This document shows positions 36,599 to 45,052 of a stretch of DNA of 64,000 nucleotides, piece by piece (the first letter of the stretch is position 1; every line of letters begins with the position of its first letter). This DNA comes from Bacteroidota bacterium (lineage in GTDB: Bacteria; Bacteroidota; Ignavibacteria; Kryptoniales; JAKASW01): assembly GCA_021812985.1 (NCBI GenBank), contig JAKAMG010000012.1, positions 15,521-79,520 on the forward strand, read 5' to 3'. Below the pieces are notes generated by a model. It searched no databases and was not told the origin of the DNA. It worked only from the letters and a program-made list of their open reading frames with translations. A program made the position numbers and the translations under genes.

Positions 36599-37789
36599 TC
36601 AGATCTTTATGAAGATTTTCTTTTTGAAAAGCACCAACATCACCCCGTACCAGAACAGGAGATAGGCAATTGAATAAAGGAGCGAGGCGTTGTAACTCCC
36701 GGCCAGCGGCGCGAAGATGGCCCTGTAAATAATGTCCTTCAGGCTCTCGCTCCCCGCCACGCCTGTGGGTAATACGACCGATACGGTTACAAGGTCCAGC
36801 GCCAGAGCGGCAAGTGTCGAGAGAAAAAAAGACGTGATGGCGTTCGAACCGAAGACCAGAAACGGCCGCGACCATTTCACGAAACCTTTGATGTCAATGA
36901 GCCAGAAGCACACGGCAAGGACTTCAAGCGCCATTCCCGCCGTGAACACAACATACGAACTACTCCAAAGTAGTTTGTTTATCGGAAACCAGATCGACAT
37001 TATGACCCCGATGAGCATACCGATATTGCCGGCCACGAACATCCCAGCCGCTTTCTCTATTCTGCTTCTCTCCGACCTGAGGTAGTGCCCCGCCAGAGAA
37101 CCGATGAGGACCGTCGAAACGGAAGGGATCATACTCAGGATCCCCTCGGCGTGATGGAGTTTGTATTCGCCAACGACAAGGAGATGCTGGTGCCAGCCCT
37201 GGAGAAGCACCTTGTCTACGTACCACCACATGTTTCCGACAGGCGCGAGCACCCCGGCGCCGTATCCGGGAACCGGGATGTATAGCATCAATATCCAGTA
37301 GAGAACGATGCCTGCGACGGCGGCGACAGCCTGGGACGCCTCGTCCGTAAATATGTATATCGCCCCCGACATGAGGTAGATGATTCCTATTCTCTGGAGG
37401 ACATTTAGTATGAGCCTGTGAGAGAAATCGAAATTGGGAATTCCGGAAAGGAGCATCCCGAGCGCGACGAGGATCATCGACCGCGCAAAGACATGTTTCA
37501 GCAGCTTCGCACGGCTGTCACCCCTCTCGACTCTTTTACTGAACGAGAACGGCATCGCCACACCGATTATAAACAGGAAGAACGGGAAAATGAGATCGGT
37601 GGGAGTCCACCCGTTCCACTCGGCGTGCTCGAGCGCGGGGTAAACGTGCGACCAGTCCCCCGCGTTGTTCACGAGAATCATGCCCGCTATTGTGAGTCCC
37701 CTGAAGACGTCGAGGGATACCAGACGCCCGCCGGTGGTAGCGTCTTCCCTCGGGTCGCCTTGCGTCGGACTTTCTTTCACCATATCCAC
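36599..37789 (-). CDS. HGSNAT-like transmembrane acyltransferase (DUF1624/DUF5009 type)
   Basis: RLVSLDVFRGLTIAGMILVNNAGDWSHVYPALEHAEWNGWTPTDLIFPFFLFIIGVAM followed by about 10 further TM segments. This matches the heparan-alpha-glucosaminide N-acetyltransferase family pattern. Confidence 0.75.
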   Translation of the reverse strand: MDMVKESPTQGDPREDATTGGRLVSLDVFRGLTIAGMILVNNAGDWSHVYPALEHAEWNGWTPTDLIFPFFLFIIGVAMPFSFSKRVERGDSRAKLLKHVFARSMILVALGMLLSGIPNFDFSHRLILNVLQRIGIIYLMSGAIYIFTDEASQAVAAVAGIVLYWILMLYIPVPGYGAGVLAPVGNMWWYVDKVLLQGWHQHLLVVGEYKLHHAEGILSMIPSVSTVLIGSLAGHYLRSERSRIEKAAGMFVAGNIGMLIGVIMSIWFPINKLLWSSSYVVFTAGMALEVLAVCFWLIDIKGFVKWSRPFLVFGSNAITSFFLSTLAALALDLVTVSVVLPTGVAGSESLKDIIYRAIFAPLAGSYNASLLYSIAYLLFWYGVMLVLFKKKIFIKI

Positions 37790-37831
37790 CTCGTCATGAG
37801 CGTTCTGACCGGAACTTTTGATGGTGCTGCG

Positions 37832-38797
37832 TCAGCCGATCTGCTTTCTGAACACGACGAATCTGCGTGTCTCCTTGAATCCGAATTTTGAGTAGACCTT
37901 TGCGGCGATGTCGTCTGTCCAGAGTACAAATGCGTTGTGCAGACCTTTCGCACGCATGTGTTCGAGCGTTCGTCCCAGCAATACAGTTCCGATCCCTTTT
38001 CCCTGATACTTCTCGGCCACGCCGAATGGGCCAAAGTGTGCCCCCTCAAACTGGCAGTAACCGATGACCTCGCCAGGGTCAGTCGCGGTTCTTCCGGCGA
38101 CGGCAAGGAAAATCTGATCAGGCTGGAAGAATCCCCTCGTGAGGTCTCTTAAGTTTGCTCGTGCGACTCTTACCCAATCCGCAGGCATGTTGGTTTCGAG
38201 GAATCTCATGAATGGAATGAGATAGCCGCGCGAATAAGTCACGATCTCCACACCGCTGGCACGCAGGCCCTTCTCTTTTTCCGCGATCTCACGCGACACT
38301 TTGAAGAGGGCCAAAGGCGCGTCCATGCTCAGCGGACGGTACGTCTCCTGGAACCCCTGTTTTCTAAGGAAGGACACTCCTGCCGGATACTCGTTGACGT
38401 CGATACCCGGGACGAAATACCCTGGCGCGTAAGTGGCAACGAAACACTCGTTCTTACCCATAGCTTTGAATTTCCCGAGGAGGTGCGAGAGCAATCCTCC
38501 CGCCACGCCCGACTTGCGACTGGATTCATCCACTCCAAAGGCGGTTATCCAGCAACGGTCCCCCTTTGGATCGTGCTCTCCGAGAGGAACACGCCGCGCG
38601 TAAGCCCCAACCATGAAACCGATAACGCGCTCCCGATCCCTGGCCACAAGAAATGTTTCGGGATCGAAGTTCTCATCCAGGAGCACGCGTGATTCGAGGA
38701 CATCGATCGTCACAGCATCCAGCGGGTTTACGCTGTTCCACAATTTGATTACCGGATCAACGTTCGAATTTGAAAGCGGGGCTATGGAAATATCCAT
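37832..38797 (-). CDS. tandem-GNAT N-acetyltransferase (321 aa), paralog of 34793..35767
   Basis: It shares the blocks LLDENFDP, WITA(F/L), YAPGYFVPGIDVNEY versus YTPNYFAPGVDVDSY, and a C-terminal FGPFGVAEKYQGKGIG acetyl-CoA loop. Confidence 0.75.
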   Translation of the reverse strand: MDISIAPLSNSNVDPVIKLWNSVNPLDAVTIDVLESRVLLDENFDPETFLVARDRERVIGFMVGAYARRVPLGEHDPKGDRCWITAFGVDESSRKSGVAGGLLSHLLGKFKAMGKNECFVATYAPGYFVPGIDVNEYPAGVSFLRKQGFQETYRPLSMDAPLALFKVSREIAEKEKGLRASGVEIVTYSRGYLIPFMRFLETNMPADWVRVARANLRDLTRGFFQPDQIFLAVAGRTATDPGEVIGYCQFEGAHFGPFGVAEKYQGKGIGTVLLGRTLEHMRAKGLHNAFVLWTDDIAAKVYSKFGFKETRRFVVFRKQIG

Positions 38798-39072
38798 TTC
38801 TTACCTTCCAACTTGCCGTCGGTTTACATTTGAGAATCTGCGCCCGGAGAGAATGTTCCATACTGGACGGTTGCTTCAGCCGAAAGAACGGGCTGAATAT
38901 GGCTTGCAACAAAGGGCGGTATCAGCGTGTGGCTGTGGCAGGATTAGACGGAAAAGCTGAGCATCGCATCCGTTCTGCAGGCCGCGAATACCGCACACCC
39001 TCGATCGTAAGCTCATGTCCGGGTGGAACATCGAAGCATTGTTTCTCCACGAACGCTTTTATTTTCGTAAAG

Positions 39073-39101
39073 ATGATACTCAACTGCACCCTGATTGTCA
39101 A
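39073..39101 (-). promoter_or_regulatory. candidate sigma-70-type promoter for the 38797-29886 cluster
   Basis: On the minus strand: TTGACA (39101-39096), a 17-nt spacer, then TATCAT (39078-39073). This would give a leader of about 270 nt before the GNAT start. Confidence 0.3.
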
Positions 39102-39128
39102 GAAGATTCGTCGATGGCGGACACCATA

Positions 39129-39158
39129 GAAAACGAAAAGGGGGCGCGTGCCCCCTTT
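39129..39158 (-). terminator. intrinsic terminator after the Arc-like gene
   Basis: On the minus strand: AAGGGGGC-acgc-GCCCCCTT followed by TTCGTTTTC, 15 nt after the stop at 39173. Confidence 0.8.
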
Positions 39159-39172
39159 CATGTGACTGATCG

Positions 39173-39382
39173 TTACTCCTCCCTCGCTTTTCCTTCTGAC
39201 GGGGGGCCGCCTCCTGTGACGTTCGTGGCAGGCGACTTCATGCGCCCCGACTTTTTGGCGGATTCCGTAAGTAGGTATTCCACCTGTGCGTTCACGCTCC
39301 GCAATTCGTCGGCGGCCCACTTCTCGAGCGCGGTGTAGAGGTCCCCGCTGATTCTCAGAAGAAATTTCTTCTTGTCCGCCAT
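39173..39382 (-). CDS. Arc/MetJ-type ribbon-helix-helix DNA-binding protein
   Basis: [41 protein letters not shown] shows the RHH pattern. It starts 4 nt after the SPFH gene stop. Confidence 0.65.
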   Translation of the reverse strand: MADKKKFLLRISGDLYTALEKWAADELRSVNAQVEYLLTESAKKSGRMKSPATNVTGGGPPSEGKAREE

Positions 39383-39386
39383 GATC

Positions 39387-40265
39387 TCAGGTATAAAGTG
39401 ATCCGGTGTTGATGACGGGACTTACCTCCTGCTCCGAGACAAGCGCCACGAGGAGATTATTCACCATCGTCGCCTTCTTCTCCTCGTCAAGATCAATCAC
39501 CTTCTGGTCCTGAAGCATCTTGATGGCCATATCCACCATCCCTACGGCGCCCTCGACAATTTTCTGTCTAGCCGCGATCACCGCCTGCGCCTGCTGACGT
39601 CTCAGCATCGCCTGGGCAATTTCAGGTGCGTAAGCGAGGTGGTTGATCCTCGCCTCCATGACTTCCACGCCTGCGACCTGAAGTCTGTTTAGCACCTCCT
39701 GCCTGAGCTTGTCCGCAATCTCGTCCGGACTCCCCCTAAGAGACGTTCCCTGTTCCTCATGTGAGTCGTAAGGATACGCCGTCGCTAGCGCCCTTATAGC
39801 AGTCTCGCTCTGAATCGCGACGAACGTCTCGTAGTTCTCCACGTCGAAGAGCGCCTTCGCCGAATCAATCACGCGCCAGACCACCACCGCCGCAATCTCG
39901 ATGGGATTTCCCTGTGAGTCATTGACCTTCAGCTTGTCGCTGTTGAAGTTCCGAATCCTGAGGAGAACATGCTTCTTGACCGTGAATGGATTTGACCACC
40001 AGAAGCCTGGGGTCCTCAAACTCCCGACGTATGTTCCGAAGAATACGAGCACCCGCGCTTCATTCGGTTGCACAACGTAGAAGCCCCCTATGCCGAGCGA
40101 GAAAAGAATGATTGAGGCAATCGCAATTACGAGGTCATACCACCCGTCCCCTCGCTGCACGAAGGAATAAATCATAAAGGCAGTGAGAAGGAGCCAAAGA
40201 AACTCGACCACCAGCATGACGAACCCATTGACATGCCGGGCTTCCTTTTCAGATATCTGATTCAT
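39387..40265 (-). CDS. SPFH (band 7/stomatin-prohibitin) domain membrane protein
   Basis: Two N-terminal TM helices, then the SPFH core [18 protein letters not shown]...[13 protein letters not shown]..., and a C-terminal coiled-coil [24 protein letters not shown]. The RBS is AAGGAGG. Confidence 0.85.
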   Translation of the reverse strand: MNQISEKEARHVNGFVMLVVEFLWLLLTAFMIYSFVQRGDGWYDLVIAIASIILFSLGIGGFYVVQPNEARVLVFFGTYVGSLRTPGFWWSNPFTVKKHVLLRIRNFNSDKLKVNDSQGNPIEIAAVVVWRVIDSAKALFDVENYETFVAIQSETAIRALATAYPYDSHEEQGTSLRGSPDEIADKLRQEVLNRLQVAGVEVMEARINHLAYAPEIAQAMLRRQQAQAVIAARQKIVEGAVGMVDMAIKMLQDQKVIDLDEEKKATMVNNLLVALVSEQEVSPVINTGSLYT

Positions 40266-40313
40266 AAGCTTCCTCCTTATGTTATCATCATGATATCATA
40301 TAGCTATCAGAAA

Positions 40314-40329
40314 GTCAAGCTTTTTTGAC
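40314..40329 (-). terminator. weak hairpin after the metalloenzyme gene
   Basis: GTCAA-6 nt-TTGAC followed on the minus strand by TTTCTG, 50 nt after the stop at 40379. Confidence 0.3.
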
Positions 40330-40378
40330 GAAAAATGAGGAATCGGGTTGATTCAGCCCGTGAGCGACAAAGTGTGTG

Positions 40379-41311
40379 TCATCTGAACATCCCCCGAAAA
40401 AGCTCGACTATGCGGGGAGTGATGTCGCAAATCGAGTCGAGTTTCCCTTCGAAGAATGCCGCGTGTGTGCCCGCGACCGCTGTGAGTGACGGGTTCAGCG
40501 TGTGGGTTTTGACTGAGAGGTCCTCCACGTTTCCGTGATCGCTGGAGATGAGCACGGTCAGAGTTCCGAGCCCTCCTTCCGAGATTCCTCCGAGAAGCTC
40601 GTCGAAGTTCCTGAGTACTATCTCAGCGAGAGGCTTGTTCATGTCATGCCCTGCCTTGTCCGTCAGAAAGTATTCGAACATTGTGAAGTCATGTTTGTCG
40701 GCGATCTTCCTGAGCCGTCGTCCCGCTTCGAAGGCCGACACAGGTTCGACGTCTGCATAGCCGAGTTCTGTGTGCCACCTTTCCGCCGTGATGTCCGCGG
40801 AGATGCCATCTCCATTTCTGAGAGAGCTCTCGTTGCAGAGGGGGATGCCCGTCATCATGCAGGACATTGTTGTAGCGCTGAGTCTGCGGCGTCCAGACTC
40901 AACATATTCAAAAAACTGCCTCGGGAAAGCATTGGCAAACCAGACGTCAGCGCCAATCTCTCTGAGCACCCTGAATATGTTTTTCTCCTCGAGCACCGGC
41001 CTTATCTGTGAGTGCGGATAAGGGCCGAAGTGCATCCCGATCAGCTTCGAGGCATTTACTCCCGTGAACAACGCAGTCTGACCGGTCCCGCTTTGCGGGA
41101 ATCCCTCGACGCCCATGAGCGCGTCGCTCGGCTGTATGAACGCGCCGCCGTTTCGAAGCGTCGGGCGTTCCTTCGATGGGAGTCCGCCAAAGATACGTTG
41201 AAAGTTGGGAAGGCCGATGGAGAAAAACGGATTGATTTCCGGATCCCTTTCACCGATTCCGACTCCGTCAAGAAAAAGGAACAGGAAACGAGAGCCACCG
41301 GAGTTTGTCAA
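40379..41311 (-). CDS. alkaline-phosphatase-superfamily metalloenzyme (phosphomutase-like)
   Basis: N-terminal FLFLFLDGVGIGE and C-terminal VLISSDHGNVEDL are metal-ligand motifs like those of cofactor-independent phosphoglycerate and phosphopentose mutases. Confidence 0.5.
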   Translation of the reverse strand: MTNSGGSRFLFLFLDGVGIGERDPEINPFFSIGLPNFQRIFGGLPSKERPTLRNGGAFIQPSDALMGVEGFPQSGTGQTALFTGVNASKLIGMHFGPYPHSQIRPVLEEKNIFRVLREIGADVWFANAFPRQFFEYVESGRRRLSATTMSCMMTGIPLCNESSLRNGDGISADITAERWHTELGYADVEPVSAFEAGRRLRKIADKHDFTMFEYFLTDKAGHDMNKPLAEIVLRNFDELLGGISEGGLGTLTVLISSDHGNVEDLSVKTHTLNPSLTAVAGTHAAFFEGKLDSICDITPRIVELFRGMFR

Positions 41312-41326
41312 TATGAGGACCTCAAG

Positions 41327-42037
41327 CTATCGTCTCCCCGGAAGGTTCTCAAGATATTCATGCCACTCACCCTCGAGACGCGAAAGAGTAACATGGAACA
41401 CATTCCTCACCGCATCGTCGAGCGGGATGAAATGGTCGAACTCATGCAGAAGCTTCATGAGAGAGCCAGGCTCCCCGTCCAGGAATTTGCCCGTGTTGCC
41501 GAGATAGTAGAGGAGATCCGACATATCCTCTTCAGACTGAGCCGATTCCATCTTTTCCTCGAGGTCGGAGAAGTATTTCACCGTTCCAAGGAGCGGCGGA
41601 TCAACTCCTTTGTATTCGCCGCTCTCATAAACCGCAGCGGCGGCGATGAGCCAAGCCGGCGCGCCGTTCTCCCTGATGGAGGAAAGCATCCCCGTCACTA
41701 CGCCGGCGGCGAGCTTGCTCCTGTACCCCTCTTCCGAAATATCGTCTCTGGCTATGATAAAAAGGGTACCGTCCTTCCACATAGGTGAATAGATTGAATC
41801 GGCGTTTGTCAGATCGGCAAAATCATATTTGTCGCGGCACAACCTGACTCTAATTTTCCCCTGCGTCCCTATTTGAAGGCTCGTGCTGTAAGACGAGTAA
41901 AGTTGTTCAAGAACTGCGAGGTATCCTTCCGCGACCGAGGCGCTGACATTAGCCGGACGGTAGAGCGTCACGTGGCTCGACGAGATAGCATGTGCCGGAG
42001 ACTGGAGAAACGCGAGGATGAGGAAGAGGTTAATCAT
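41327..42037 (-). CDS. hypothetical secreted protein
   Basis: Signal peptide [17 protein letters not shown]. No family recognised. The start overlaps the dtd stop by 8 nt. Confidence 0.5.
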   Translation of the reverse strand: MINLFLILAFLQSPAHAISSSHVTLYRPANVSASVAEGYLAVLEQLYSSYSTSLQIGTQGKIRVRLCRDKYDFADLTNADSIYSPMWKDGTLFIIARDDISEEGYRSKLAAGVVTGMLSSIRENGAPAWLIAAAAVYESGEYKGVDPPLLGTVKYFSDLEEKMESAQSEEDMSDLLYYLGNTGKFLDGEPGSLMKLLHEFDHFIPLDDAVRNVFHVTLSRLEGEWHEYLENLPGRR

Positions 42038-42485
42038 GTTCTTTGGATGTCATTATAATTGTGACCGGACCGTCGTTCACCAATTCAACATCCATCATCT
42101 CCCGAAAGATTCCCGTGGCCACGTTGTCTTTCCCCAGGAGGTCCCGCAGCCTGAGGACGAATCTGTCGTACAGAGTTTCTGCGAGTTCAGGCCTTGCCGC
42201 CTCCATGTAGTTCGGGCGGTTACCTTTCCGCGTGTCACCATAGAGCGTAAACTGCGAGACGACGAGTACCGCGCCGCCGGTGTCTTTTACCGACAGATTC
42301 ATCTTCCCGTTCCCGTCGTCGAATATCCGTAAAGCGGAACATTTCTCAGCAAGAAAATCGGCGTCGTTGTCGCGGTCGTCCTGGTGAACACCGAGCAGCA
42401 CAAGCATTCCGGTTCCGATGCTGCTGAAAAGTTCACCTCCTATCGTGACGGAGCTGCGCTTAACTCGCTGGATGACAGCCTTCAT
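42030..42485 (-). CDS. dtd: D-aminoacyl-tRNA deacylase
   Basis: [15 protein letters not shown]...MLVLLGV...[17 protein letters not shown]...NDGPVTI are canonical Dtd motifs. Confidence 0.95.
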   Translation of the reverse strand: MKAVIQRVKRSSVTIGGELFSSIGTGMLVLLGVHQDDRDNDADFLAEKCSALRIFDDGNGKMNLSVKDTGGAVLVVSQFTLYGDTRKGNRPNYMEAARPELAETLYDRFVLRLRDLLGKDNVATGIFREMMDVELVNDGPVTIIMTSKEHD

Positions 42486-42488
42486 ATA

Positions 42489-43391
42489 TCAATCCATGCT
42501 CCGCACGAAAAACCTAGACATTACAACCCTTTCGATGTTGAGCAGGTCTTTCTTCATTCCTACTTCTGAACCGCCGCTCCCGGAAAAGATATCGGCGACA
42601 TGCTTTGCCTGACCATCTGCGGTCTCGACGAAAACCCATCCACCGCTCCGGAGCAGAGTCGGAGCGGACTCAGCTATTTTCCTGAAGAACCCGAGACCAT
42701 CACCGCCGTCTGTCAACGCGTTGGATGGCTCGTAACTCCTGATTTCCTCCGGCAGACCCGAAAACTCCGACGCGGGTATGTAAGGTGGGTTGGAAACTAC
42801 GATATCAAACGGCCCTTCAAACGAATCCACGCTCCCCTTGAGAAAGTCGGACTGCATGAAATGTATACGATCGTCCGTTTTCGTGGCACGGGAGTTCTCG
42901 TCCGCCAGCTCGATTGCCTGGGCGCTTGAGTCTATTGCTGTCACGGAGGCATTCTTTACAAACCTCGCTATGGCTATCGCAATGCATCCCGATCCCGTTC
43001 CGATGTCAAGCACGCGCACCCCCTCCTTCTGAGAGAGAAAGGTCCGGCAGTGTTCGATGACGGCCTCAGCGAGAATTTCGGTTTCCGGCCTCGGTATCAG
43101 TGCCCTCCTGTCCACCTTCAGATCTATGGAATAAAAAGTCGTCTTGCCGAGTATGTACTGGACCGGCTCGTGCGCTAGCCTCCTCTTTATTAGAGTTCTC
43201 AGCTTCTCAAGCTCGCCCTGCTTCAGCGGCTGATCGTGCTTCACGTACAAATCGAACCTTTTGAGTCCCAGCGTCTCGGACAGCAGAAGCTCCACTGTAA
43301 GCCTCGCCTCGTCGAACCCCTTGTCTGTGAGGTAGCCAGTCCCCCACCTTATTATATCAATTATCGTCCAGACTCTCTGTTCAGCTGGCAT
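42489..43391 (-). CDS. prmC: peptide chain release factor N5-glutamine methyltransferase
   Basis: SAM motif VLDIGTGSGCIAIAIA and catalytic VVSNPPYI. RPETE also present. Confidence 0.9.
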   Translation of the reverse strand: MPAEQRVWTIIDIIRWGTGYLTDKGFDEARLTVELLLSETLGLKRFDLYVKHDQPLKQGELEKLRTLIKRRLAHEPVQYILGKTTFYSIDLKVDRRALIPRPETEILAEAVIEHCRTFLSQKEGVRVLDIGTGSGCIAIAIARFVKNASVTAIDSSAQAIELADENSRATKTDDRIHFMQSDFLKGSVDSFEGPFDIVVSNPPYIPASEFSGLPEEIRSYEPSNALTDGGDGLGFFRKIAESAPTLLRSGGWVFVETADGQAKHVADIFSGSGGSEVGMKKDLLNIERVVMSRFFVRSMD

Positions 43392-43463
43392 GGTTGTAAC
43401 TCTTCAAAAGGAATGTATTAATTCAGTTTCGGTTGAGGCAACTAGCTTGATCAAACCGGGGAA

Positions 43464-43958
43464 TCAGTCGCCGCCCTTCAGAATTTTCACGATGTTCTCG
43501 CCTATGTCGCCTTCCGGTTCTTCGACGATTCTCCCTATCTCCTTCCCGTCGTGATAGAAGATGAAAGTCGGAACCTTGGTAATGTTCAGACCGGGGGCGT
43601 TCTTTTTCCTTCCCTCGGGCGAACGCGGGACTGCAATGAAGCCCAGCTTGTGGGCGAGACTTGTGCTGTCAGTTATGCTGAGCATTATCGGAACCCACAT
43701 GTGGCTATCCGTGCACCATGATCCGAAGACAACCGCGACGGAGTCGCCTGCGTCGAGCGAGTCTATCTGATGAATCAGCCCGGCCGTAGGTCTGTAAAGA
43801 TCGCTGTTGCTCCGGAACCAGCTCGTGGTGTCAAATGCCGACCTCACGACGGGTCCCACCAGTATCGTTTCGCCCGTGAGCGAGTCTATCGCCGTGGTCT
43901 GGGAACGGGCGGCCGGCGCAAGAAAGAAGACGGCCAGAAGCAGAAGTGGCAACCTCAT
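43464..43958 (-). CDS. secreted thioredoxin-fold protein with a single-Cys motif
   Basis: Signal peptide MRLPLLLLAVFFLAPAARSQ. VVFGSWCTDSHMWVP (CxxS rather than CxxC). VPTFIFYHDGKEIGRIVE (cis-Pro region). Confidence 0.55.
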   Translation of the reverse strand: MRLPLLLLAVFFLAPAARSQTTAIDSLTGETILVGPVVRSAFDTTSWFRSNSDLYRPTAGLIHQIDSLDAGDSVAVVFGSWCTDSHMWVPIMLSITDSTSLAHKLGFIAVPRSPEGRKKNAPGLNITKVPTFIFYHDGKEIGRIVEEPEGDIGENIVKILKGGD

Positions 43959-44876
43959 TTATCTTTCCTCCGACCTTATGTCTATCCCCCACATCAGTTT
44001 TGTTCTGAGCAGGTTGAAGAACCCATTCTTGCTCTTCCTGAGGAGGACAATCTTATGAGGGGCGAGAGATACTTTCAGCTCCGCAGGCTGCGTCAGTTGC
44101 ATGGAAAGTTGGCCGTCGGCTATGATCATCACCTGCTTGATTGTCGACCGGGCGATGATTCTTATTTGTGACGAGTCCGGGACTATGACGGGGCGGGCAG
44201 AGAGTGTGTGCGGGGATATCGGACTTATGGCGATCACCCGGCTTTCGGGCGAGATTATCGGTCCCCCCGTCGAAAGGCAGTATCCGGTCGAGCCAGTAGG
44301 CGTGCTGATGACGATGCCGTCTCCTCTGTACGTGATCAGGTATTCTGAATCCACGTGCGTCTCGAGGTCAATCATGCGGGATGACCCTGCCTTATCTATG
44401 ACGATGTCGTTGAGCGCATACATGCTGGACGCGCGCCCATCATATGCAAATGTGGCTTCCAGAACCGTCCGCTCCTCAAGGTTGAAATGTCCCTTGAAAA
44501 GCTCGTCTATGCTGTTTCGGAGCTCGTCCAGGTTCAGTTCCGCCAGGAAGCCAAGTTTGCCGAGATTGACCCCAAGTATCGGTTTGCCGAGTGCGCCGAC
44601 CGTTCCGGCAGTTTGGAGAATCGTGCCGTCACCTCCAAGCGACACGACCAAATCGACCTCGTGCGGAAGGCTGGAGCGCGGGACAGAAAACTCTTTGGAG
44701 TCATATCCGCACTTCACCCTGACCTGGCCTGCTATATCGTCCTGTACCCTGAAACGTATGCCTCTTTCATTGAGTATCTTTATAAGCTCGTAGGCTGTTT
44801 CGCAAGTTGAGGCCTTCGCCGGATTACCGAGTATTCCGATCGTGATGTCGCGCGGCGGGGTAAACTTCTTCTTCAT
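43959..44876 (-). CDS. nadK: NAD kinase
   Basis: DLVVSLGGDGTIL, GVNLGKLGFLA and GDGIVISTPTGSTGYCLSTGGPI. Confidence 0.95.
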   Translation of the reverse strand: MKKKFTPPRDITIGILGNPAKASTCETAYELIKILNERGIRFRVQDDIAGQVRVKCGYDSKEFSVPRSSLPHEVDLVVSLGGDGTILQTAGTVGALGKPILGVNLGKLGFLAELNLDELRNSIDELFKGHFNLEERTVLEATFAYDGRASSMYALNDIVIDKAGSSRMIDLETHVDSEYLITYRGDGIVISTPTGSTGYCLSTGGPIISPESRVIAISPISPHTLSARPVIVPDSSQIRIIARSTIKQVMIIADGQLSMQLTQPAELKVSLAPHKIVLLRKSKNGFFNLLRTKLMWGIDIRSEER

Positions 44877-45052
44877 TTGTCTCTGTTAAAATCTGGCACA
44901 GTTCATTTTATGTCATAGGAGGAACAATATCAATTGCGGAATGACAAACCGATCATTGTACTGAAGATGAACTCCTCGCGGCGTCAGGTGGCACAGCCAT
45001 CGCCGTTCCAGACTGCATTGCGATCGCGCTGAATAGATAGGAGACGCACTAC

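Noticed and set aside
38922-39320. A 132-aa minus-strand ORF between the GNAT and Arc-like genes.
   Set aside because: It overlaps the Arc-like CDS out of frame and reads through the strong intrinsic terminator at 39129-39158. Its composition is Arg/Pro-rich.
41012-41788. A 258-aa plus-strand ORF spanning two minus-strand genes.
   Set aside because: It is antisense to the metalloenzyme and hypothetical genes and crosses their intergenic junction. Its composition is Arg-rich and low-complexity, with no recognisable domain.
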